This document shows positions 29,528-36,685 of a stretch of 64,000 nucleotides of DNA, piece by piece (the first letter of the stretch is position 1; every line of letters begins with the position of its first letter). Source of the DNA: Bacteroidota bacterium (GTDB lineage: Bacteria; Bacteroidota; Bacteroidia; JABEUT01); the NCBI GenBank assembly GCA_013285655.1, contig JABDHI010000001.1, forward strand, positions 21,124-85,123. Direction: 5' to 3'. Position numbers and translations under genes: made by a program. Under the pieces are notes generated by a model. It saw nothing but the letters and a program-made list of their open reading frames with translations, was not told the DNA's origin and did no database searches.

Positions 29528-29535
29528 CAAAAGTA
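29528..29535 (-). promoter_or_regulatory. -7 promoter element, probable promoter of the gmd operon
   Basis: TACTTTTG on minus strand; only consensus match I found between gmd and the divergent gene. Confidence 0.6.
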
Positions 29536-29622
29536 GCGCCTTTTAAGCCTTTATTCAAGAAGCAAACAAACGGGTTTTCAACAGGGCAACTGCTTATTTT
29601 CTGAATGTTCTATATTTGGTTT

Positions 29623-30126
29623 ATGAAATTGAATGCATCAAAAAATAAAATTCACTTGGTACAATTATTGCTTTTAGTAGTAATTCTCACATTTGTTTCT
29701 TGCTCTCAAGATTCGATAAACAATCAACCCAAAACCAAATTATTTTTCCAGGACTTACCCGACACAGTCCAAAAACTATATATAAGTTTCGAGACAGCTA
29801 AAGATTCTGTAGTTGGACAGCATGGTATTCATTATACCTGTTACGGTTGCCATAGAGATACAATAATATGCTTAGATGAGAATTTCAAAAAAGTGTATCA
29901 TAAAAGAAAACTTTCAGGATTTGATCATGAAAAAGAGGTTGGGAATTATTTATTTTTTGACAATCAAACTTTTTTTCTGGCATCGGTTGAATTCCCATAT
30001 GAGAATACCCCGTTTATATTCTATAAAAAGCAGCTTTATTTTCTGGCTTCGGTTAACCTAATAAGTACAGATGATGTAAAAAATGCTCAGTATGGCAAAT
30101 ATGACTTAACTGCCCTTTTTAAGTAA
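29623..30126 (+). CDS. Hypothetical lipoprotein (orphan, antisense to neighbours)
   Basis: Lipobox TFVSC; start 29623 because TATATTTG at 29611-29618 overlaps ORF-track start 29605. Confidence 0.75.
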   Translation: MKLNASKNKIHLVQLLLLVVILTFVSCSQDSINNQPKTKLFFQDLPDTVQKLYISFETAKDSVVGQHGIHYTCYGCHRDTIICLDENFKKVYHKRKLSGFDHEKEVGNYLFFDNQTFFLASVEFPYENTPFIFYKKQLYFLASVNLISTDDVKNAQYGKYDLTALFK

Positions 30127-30137
30127 AAAAACATCGT

Positions 30138-30947
30138 TTACTCCACCAAAAAACTCGGATTGAGCAAACTTTTTTTGTTGTAAGCTAAAGGCTTATTGGT
30201 ATTTACATTCAACACTTGCTTACCTGTTTCTTCAACAATAATTTGTCCGGCGGCGCTGTCCCATTCCATGGTGGGGGCATAGCGAGGGTAGGCATCGGCT
30301 TTACCTTCGGCTACTATACAAAACTTAATTGAGCTTCCGGCAGAAACCGTATTTACCGTTCCGTGCTTTTGTTTTTCTTTGGTAATATATGCTTCCGTTT
30401 CGGGTGATAGATGCGAGCGACTGGCAACAATGGTATAATCGCGCTTGGTTTTAAACAGGGGTAGTTTTTCAGCAACTTTCATTAACTGGTCGTTCCACTG
30501 GTAGGTGTAATTACCTGCATTTAATATGCGGTATGCACCCTGGCCTTTAATGGCATAGTACAATGTTTGCGGCACAGGTAAATATATCAGTCCGAATACG
30601 GGCTCGCCCTCATGCACTAATGCAATGTTTACAGTAAACTCTCCATTGCGTTTTACAAATTCCTTAGTACCATCAAGCGGGTCAACCAACCAAAAGTGCT
30701 TCCAGTCCTTACGTTCTTCGTATGGCGCCTGAGCCGTTTCCTCACTTAATATGTTTGGGTATTCGGTAACTTTCAAACCCGAGCTAATAATGTCGTTCGA
30801 TATTTTATCGGCTTCGGTCAATGGCGAATGATCTTCTTTGTATTCTACATCAAAAGGCTTGCTGTAAACCTGCATAACAGATTTGCCCGCCAACACAATA
30901 ATGTTGATGGTTTGAAGTAAAAGTTTCTCGGGTATATCGAAACCCAT
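30138..30947 (-). CDS. cysQ: 3'(2'),5'-bisphosphate nucleotidase
   Basis: SPLTEAD, LSEE, WLVDPLDGTKEF, GSSIK, WDSAAG. Confidence 0.96.
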   Translation of the reverse strand: MGFDIPEKLLLQTINIIVLAGKSVMQVYSKPFDVEYKEDHSPLTEADKISNDIISSGLKVTEYPNILSEETAQAPYEERKDWKHFWLVDPLDGTKEFVKRNGEFTVNIALVHEGEPVFGLIYLPVPQTLYYAIKGQGAYRILNAGNYTYQWNDQLMKVAEKLPLFKTKRDYTIVASRSHLSPETEAYITKEKQKHGTVNTVSAGSSIKFCIVAEGKADAYPRYAPTMEWDSAAGQIIVEETGKQVLNVNTNKPLAYNKKSLLNPSFLVE

Positions 30948-31432
30948 CAGGAAGCGTGATGAAATAAGTGGGACATAAATACGTAAAAGTGATTATAGAG
31001 GAAATACAAAACTATATCCCAGGCTGCAATTGAAATGAGCATGTACGATATTACCTTTTGTTTATCGCCATAAAACCTAACAGCTAACATAGTGCCAATA
31101 GGTATAGATAGTATAAGCGGAGTAAAAAAGGCTATGCCCGCTAGTCCCCACCTGTCTTTTACTTTATGAAAGAATTTATTATCGAAAACCGATTTAGTGC
31201 TTGCTTTCTTTTTCGGGAAATAACGATCTTTAAATTTATCATAATGTTCCACTGCCCACTCGCTTATATTGGCAAATAATATAGAACCTGTTACACCACC
31301 GGCTGTAGTAATGGTAACGCCCTTAAAGAATGGGTAATGCGCAAACACTGCCCAAGGCACTCCTCCGAAACCAAATTTAACAGTGCTGAGTGTGAAAATT
31401 CCCGCAATCTGCTTTATCTCATGCCAAATCAT
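30947..31432 (-). CDS. Conserved membrane protein (COG2426 / small multidrug export-like)
   Basis: Hydrophobic; WGLAGIAFFTPLILSIPIG motif. Confidence 0.6.
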   Translation of the reverse strand: MIWHEIKQIAGIFTLSTVKFGFGGVPWAVFAHYPFFKGVTITTAGGVTGSILFANISEWAVEHYDKFKDRYFPKKKASTKSVFDNKFFHKVKDRWGLAGIAFFTPLILSIPIGTMLAVRFYGDKQKVISYMLISIAAWDIVLYFLYNHFYVFMSHLFHHAS

Positions 31433-31584
31433 AACTCTGTTTACACCCTTGTCGTTTTATATTTCGCTTCTTAGGTTTTACTTCCTCAAAGATAGAAAAT
31501 TTAAAACAAAAAGACAATGATTTTCGTCACGCCGATACTATTCCTATTTAAGTAATACAGAAAACAAGTTGCCAGGAATTTATT

Positions 31585-31678
31585 TCATGGCTAAAGCCAT
31601 TAATTAGCCAACACTACCTACCCCCCAGACTTAAGTCTGGGGTAATACACGCAGATATAGTATGGGCTTTGGCCATGA
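31585..31678. repeat. GGCTAAAGCC-family palindromic element
   Basis: tcatggctaaagcc...ggctttggccatga with central ccccagacttaagtctgggg palindrome. Confidence 0.8.
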
Positions 31679-31699
31679 CTCAAAGCTTAACTCTTTGTA

Positions 31700-31837
31700 G
31701 GATTTCTCACTCCACTTTGTTTCGTTCGAAATGACAACAAGTGTAACTTCAGAAGGGGAGGGGTGGCGCGGCAAAGCCGCGCCACCCCTCCTCGATAACT
31801 ACACACTCTCTGTCATCTCGAACGAAGTGAGAGATCC
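31700..31837. repeat. REP pair (GTCATYTCGAACGAAGTGAG family) around a perfect 16-bp GC hairpin
   Basis: Arms 31700-31736 and 31811-31837; hairpin ggaggggtggcgcggc-aaa-gccgcgccacccctcc 31757-31791. Confidence 0.85.
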
Positions 31838-31898
31838 CTCAAAGTGATGATAAAATAATATTACTGTTCTCAGCGCCTTTGTGCCTTAGCGGTTAAAG

Positions 31899-32843
31899 CT
31901 ATTTACTCCCTGCACTCTTACTTTTAAACTGCATTTCTTTTAACCACTTAGCCGGTGCCGGCAAGTTATTGCGGCGTAGCTTTATGTAATGCACTTCTTT
32001 AGCGCCGAAACCCTTGTAAAAACGTGCCACATCAGGGTCGCTTGAGCCTTCAAAATCGAAGGTGAGGTTTTGCTGGGCGTTCTCTTCTATATAACGGTTT
32101 ATCAAAAAGGTCATGGCTTGTGTTTCAAATGCCTTTTTGTTTGTACCCGAAAACAAGAAAATAGTTCTCCGGTTACTCTCTACTAAAAAAGCCCCGGCAC
32201 AAAGTTCCTTCTCTTGGGTATAAACTCCCCAACACTGGCCCAAGCCTTTTTTAATACAGGTTTGCATAAGGGTGTTAAGGATAGTATAGTGAGCGGAGCT
32301 TATGCCATAGTTCTTGCCTCGGTTAGCCTTAAACAGATCAATTATCTTTTTGGGTGATACTGCTTTGGCAATAGTTAGTGAACTCGATAATCCTTTCTTT
32401 AAATTTCGTTTGGCTTGGGTTGTATAATTTGAATGTAGCGTATCGTAGGGCGAAATAAGATCAAGCAAATGCGTTACCCCCTGCCCTGCTTCAAACGATT
32501 TGTCTTCGGCACGGTTAAAGGTATTCAGACTTAGTTCTATATATTTATACTTAGCCGGTATGGCTTTTAAAAAGTCCTGAACTTTTTCGGTTGTAATTTT
32601 GGCAGTAGAAAAAACTCCGTGCTGCTGACTGAATGGCGGTTGGTAGGTATAATTAAACCCGTACTTCTCTCCACGCGGTAATGGCATTACACTTCTGTAG
32701 TCGTCCTCTACAAGGCCATCCCATTTGCCGCAGGCAATATCTAAGTACCACGAATAGGCATACACCATTCCGTTAACCGAGTTGCGTATACACGAATCCC
32801 ACTTAACAGGGTCAATATCTTTATATGCTATATACTTTATCAC
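31899..32843 (-). CDS. GNAT / FemAB-like acyltransferase of polysaccharide locus
   Basis: PPFSQQHG, KRNLKK, FDFEGS...VARFYKGFG. Confidence 0.8.
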   Translation of the reverse strand: MIKYIAYKDIDPVKWDSCIRNSVNGMVYAYSWYLDIACGKWDGLVEDDYRSVMPLPRGEKYGFNYTYQPPFSQQHGVFSTAKITTEKVQDFLKAIPAKYKYIELSLNTFNRAEDKSFEAGQGVTHLLDLISPYDTLHSNYTTQAKRNLKKGLSSSLTIAKAVSPKKIIDLFKANRGKNYGISSAHYTILNTLMQTCIKKGLGQCWGVYTQEKELCAGAFLVESNRRTIFLFSGTNKKAFETQAMTFLINRYIEENAQQNLTFDFEGSSDPDVARFYKGFGAKEVHYIKLRRNNLPAPAKWLKEMQFKSKSAGSK

Positions 32844-34147
32844 TTCGCCTCTGCTACAACTGTTTCAAATACTCGTTTCCATCCCTTCCATTTGCCCATG
32901 TCATTCAGCGTATCGTTATGCCAAATACTCACAAACTCACCCTTACATTGTTTTACCTGCTGCGCCAATTTAAGGGTAAGTGCAATAGCTTCATCAGGCG
33001 TAACGTGTATATATTCATTTAATGTGCCATCCATAACTATGGTTGGGTGCAATTTAATAGGCAATACTTCTTCTTTTTGCAGATCGTAAAAATAAAATGG
33101 CGTGCATATACTTGCCCTAAAACCTGGACAAGCTGCAAAGCCCATCGAATATTCATCAGTTATACCCAATGAAGCCAGGCAACGGTATGTATCGGGCAAC
33201 GTAATTCTCAAAAAGTGCTGACGAGACTTTACGATCTTCTCTCCGGTTATATCTGCTACCACTTTAATCTCTTTGCCAACTGTATCCTTATCATTTAACG
33301 ATTGGTAGGAAGGATGAATGCCAACATCAGCATACGTACTCACTTTTTCTACCAACTCTTCAAACAGCTTTCCATCGACTGCAATATTCTTATCGTAAGT
33401 GCTTCTACTCTTACTTGCCAGGAAAAAGTAAATGGGGTTAACATTATTCTTTTTAAATATCTCTTGCTGGTACTCATAAGTATCATACTCATCAGGGCGA
33501 GAGCCCATCAAAGTCTTTGCTTTATTACCAATTGCCTCAAAATCGAATTTCAATAATGCCTTTAAATACGCCCCTAATGTTACTTCCAAACTTCTGCCTT
33601 TGTGGGCATAGGCTACATCCACATCAATGGTCGGAGTGAATGTATACGTGCCCTCTGTAATTTCAAGTTGCTGATAGGCTTTCTTTAAAGCGTCCTTCAA
33701 CTTAGCTGCCCAAAGATTCACGATTGGCACATCAATAAACTTATTTTTCAGCGCAAGGCTATCTGTCGGGCGGAAACGTTTGTGTTTATCACCTTCAAAG
33801 GGTAAATATTCTTCGTAACGGGTAACTAAATAAAATGATGCAGCAAATACATCAAAAGGCAAAGTGCCTTCGCTCCGGTAAAATATTTTCAAGCCATCCC
33901 ACTCGCTAACAGTAATATTCTGTGACTTCACTCCTTTATCAAAAAGCAATTCTTTATAATGAATGAACACCTCGCCAGTAGCTATTGTCTTACCTGAATA
34001 ATTTAAACGAGGGCCTGAGTAATTCGTATATTCATTTATATCCGTAGTTACCTTAAAAGAGGTTTGAATAAGCGATTCGAAGAAAAGCGAAAACACATAG
34101 CTAATACGTGCAGTAAGCTTAGGAGTATATATAAGGAGTTGCGACAT
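32840..34147 (-). CDS. Polysaccharide deacetylase-like protein (DUF7033 N-terminus)
   Basis: FDVFAASFYLVTRYEEY, TIDVD, GIHPSY, RQHFLR, DEYSMGF, WHN. Confidence 0.8.
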   Translation of the reverse strand: MSQLLIYTPKLTARISYVFSLFFESLIQTSFKVTTDINEYTNYSGPRLNYSGKTIATGEVFIHYKELLFDKGVKSQNITVSEWDGLKIFYRSEGTLPFDVFAASFYLVTRYEEYLPFEGDKHKRFRPTDSLALKNKFIDVPIVNLWAAKLKDALKKAYQQLEITEGTYTFTPTIDVDVAYAHKGRSLEVTLGAYLKALLKFDFEAIGNKAKTLMGSRPDEYDTYEYQQEIFKKNNVNPIYFFLASKSRSTYDKNIAVDGKLFEELVEKVSTYADVGIHPSYQSLNDKDTVGKEIKVVADITGEKIVKSRQHFLRITLPDTYRCLASLGITDEYSMGFAACPGFRASICTPFYFYDLQKEEVLPIKLHPTIVMDGTLNEYIHVTPDEAIALTLKLAQQVKQCKGEFVSIWHNDTLNDMGKWKGWKRVFETVVAEAK

Positions 34148-34157
34148 AAGTTACCTT

Positions 34158-34642
34158 AATAGAACACAGATGACACGGATTAGACGGATTTTCACTGATT
34201 TATAGATTTGATTTTCTTTTTATCATTTGTAAATAACTTTCTTTTAAACACGGCTGTTTTTCCAAAGTTCAAAAGAATACCAACCTCGGCCTCGGTTGCC
34301 TTTAAATAATTTATCAATTGAAATTCGTGTTCCTCACACAAGCCCTCTGCGGCTTTTAATTCAATAACGACATTCCCCTCGACAAATAAGTCAGCAAAGT
34401 ACTCGCCCACTTCTCTTCCTTCATAATACACCTTAATGTGCTTTTGTTTTTCAACACGCATACCCATCTTTAGCAATTCAAGATACATTGCGTTCTCATA
34501 TACTTTCTCTAAAAAACCGAATCCCAATTCATTGTATACCTTATAGAATGCCTGTATAACCTTATCCGTAATATCTTTATGCAGTAGTTCCATTGTATTT
34601 ATCCTTGTTAATCCGTTAAATCAGTGTCATCCGTGTTCTATT
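34158..34642. mobile_element. GxxExxY cassette bounded by imperfect inverted repeats (candidate element)
   Basis: Left end aatagaacacagatgacac (34158-34176) vs reverse complement of right end 34624-34642: 18/19 identical; arms built of ~9-nt units. Confidence 0.6.
34192..34593 (-). CDS. GxxExxY protein (small PD-(D/E)XK nuclease)
   Basis: LGFGFLEKVYE (GxxExxY), ADL..IELK (D..ExK), QLINY (QxxxY), GILLNFG. Confidence 0.95.
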   Translation of the reverse strand: MELLHKDITDKVIQAFYKVYNELGFGFLEKVYENAMYLELLKMGMRVEKQKHIKVYYEGREVGEYFADLFVEGNVVIELKAAEGLCEEHEFQLINYLKATEAEVGILLNFGKTAVFKRKLFTNDKKKIKSINQ

Positions 34643-34647
34643 ACGCA

Positions 34648-35799
34648 TTACTTGCCAAAGTTCTTTATCATCTCCTTGCATATAAACTCAGCCGCCTTAC
34701 CATCACCAAATATGGGTGGGTAGGTAAACTCACGCTTTGTTTTCAATTGAGTAAACGCATCTTTTATTCGTTTAGCATCCGCATCCGCTAAAATAGAGTT
34801 ACCACACTCTACCAATTCAGTCCATTCGGTTTCGGCACGCATTACCACGCATGGCTTGTGCAAAAAGAATGCTTCCTTCTGCACTCCTCCTGAGTCCGTA
34901 AATACCATGCTGCAATTCTTCTCTAAGGTCAACATCTCAAGGAACGATGCTGGAGGAATGATATGGAACAGTTTATTTTTCTTCAATTCAGTTACAATGT
35001 TCTTACCATGCCCTTGTTCCAGCATTTTTGATGTGCGCGGGTGCGCCGGAAAAACAATATCCAACTTATTTTCAATACTTATTTGGTTCAACGAACTCAA
35101 AATGCTGTTCAGCCTTTCAGGGTCGTCCGTATTATTGTTGCGGTGTATCGTAAGTAATATAAATTCTTTATTCTTTAAGCCTAAGTTGTCGATTATCTTG
35201 GTGTTCTTATCCGCCACTTCAGCAAAGTAGAGAGTATTGTCGTACATCACATCTCCGCAATGGTATATACCCGGGCGGTCAGCTGTAAAAGGCGGTTTGT
35301 TATTGGGGTTAAAATTTTCTTTCACCAAATTTTGGTAGCCACTCTTGGTCGGGCTGAACAACAAAGTAGAGCAATGGTCGCATGCAATACGGTTAATTTC
35401 TTCGGGCATGGCCTTGTTAAACGAACGCAATCCAGCTTCGATATGCACAACCGGTATATGTATTTTAACTGCTGCTACCGCTGCTGCAAGTGTAGAGTTA
35501 GTATCACCATACACCACCAAACATTGTGGCTTTTCTTTTTCCAATACCTGTTCAATACCATCTAACATAGTTGCTGTTTGCTTAGCATGCGAACCCGACC
35601 CCACATTCAGGTTATGGTCGGGTGCAGGTATACCCATTTCTCTAAAAAACACTTCCGACATATTCTCGTCATAGTGTTGCCCGGTATGTAGTATAACCTC
35701 TTTTATATCTTTCGAAAAATGGGTGCGTATGGCTCTGCTCAACGCAGCAGATTTGATGATCTGCGGCCTTGCTCCTATTACGGTTAAAATCTTTATCAT
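34648..35799 (-). CDS. wecB: UDP-N-acetylglucosamine 2-epimerase (non-hydrolysing)
   Basis: GARPQIIK, HTGQHYD, VYGDT, HIEAGLRS, TDSGGVQKEA. Confidence 0.96.
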   Translation of the reverse strand: MIKILTVIGARPQIIKSAALSRAIRTHFSKDIKEVILHTGQHYDENMSEVFFREMGIPAPDHNLNVGSGSHAKQTATMLDGIEQVLEKEKPQCLVVYGDTNSTLAAAVAAVKIHIPVVHIEAGLRSFNKAMPEEINRIACDHCSTLLFSPTKSGYQNLVKENFNPNNKPPFTADRPGIYHCGDVMYDNTLYFAEVADKNTKIIDNLGLKNKEFILLTIHRNNNTDDPERLNSILSSLNQISIENKLDIVFPAHPRTSKMLEQGHGKNIVTELKKNKLFHIIPPASFLEMLTLEKNCSMVFTDSGGVQKEAFFLHKPCVVMRAETEWTELVECGNSILADADAKRIKDAFTQLKTKREFTYPPIFGDGKAAEFICKEMIKNFGK

Positions 35800-35807
35800 A
35801 AATACGT

Positions 35808-36509
35808 TTATAAAAGTCCTTCGTCGGCAAAGCTAAAGTAGCCCGCGTCTGAAATTATAAGGTGATCTAATATGGCTATATCTAACAACTGCCCTGCCTG
35901 TTTTATTTTTTGGGTCAGCGTTTTATCTTCATTGCTCGGTTGCAAATTGCCCGACGGGTGATTATGGCACAACACTATGCTACATGCAAAATGGTCGAGG
36001 GCGCTTTTAAATATAAGTCGTGTATCGGCCACTGTACCTGTTATACCACCGTGACTTATTTTTTGTCCCGTAATTATTTTATTGGCGCGGTTCAAATACA
36101 TCACCCAAAATTCTTCACTGCGTAAATCGGCTAGGTGATGAAAGTATTCATATACATCTTTGCTGCCGTTTATCTTTTCTTTCTGCTTTACCTCTGCTAC
36201 TCTGCGACGCTTAGCCAATTCGAGTGCCGCTACTATAGTTATGGCCTTTGCCTCGCCAATGCCTTTAAACTTCTTTAAATCACGCACCGATAATTTACCC
36301 AGTTCGTTCAGGTTGTTATCTACACTCTTTAATATGGCTTTTGCCACATCCACCGCCGATTCTCCCGGCACGCCCGAACCTATCAGTATGGCAATCAGTT
36401 CAGCATCCGACAACACATGCGAGCCTTTTTGCAAAAGCTTCTCACGCGGTCGGTCCTCTTCGGCCCAGCTTCGTATGCCTGCTATCTCTTTATATTCAGT
36501 GTTATCCAT
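35808..36509 (-). CDS. radC: RadC family JAB/MPN protein
   Basis: EDRPREKL, GIGEAKA HhH, HNHPSG, LDH. Confidence 0.95.
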   Translation of the reverse strand: MDNTEYKEIAGIRSWAEEDRPREKLLQKGSHVLSDAELIAILIGSGVPGESAVDVAKAILKSVDNNLNELGKLSVRDLKKFKGIGEAKAITIVAALELAKRRRVAEVKQKEKINGSKDVYEYFHHLADLRSEEFWVMYLNRANKIITGQKISHGGITGTVADTRLIFKSALDHFACSIVLCHNHPSGNLQPSNEDKTLTQKIKQAGQLLDIAILDHLIISDAGYFSFADEGLL

Positions 36510-36534
36510 ACCAAAGCAAATATAATATATATGT

Positions 36535-36632
36535 AACGATGAACGGTAAACGATAAACTATGAATTTAAAACCACACTATTCCACTAACACACTGCCTTC
36601 TATTCATCGTTTATAGTTCATAGCTTATAGTT
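36535..36632. repeat. Inverted heptamer-repeat element (AACGATG/AACTATG family) between radC and leuS
   Basis: aacgatg aacggta aacgata aactatg ... catcgtt tatagtt catagct tatagtt; related to 29492-29522. Confidence 0.8.
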
Positions 36633-36685
36633 AGCGCCTTCATAGTTTTTCCTAAATTCGCAAGCCTTACTTACTACAATAAAAT

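Noticed and set aside
35808-36509. radC as marker of a mobile or defence island
   Set aside because: Full-length chromosomal type with HhH region, next to leuS, with no mobile neighbours.
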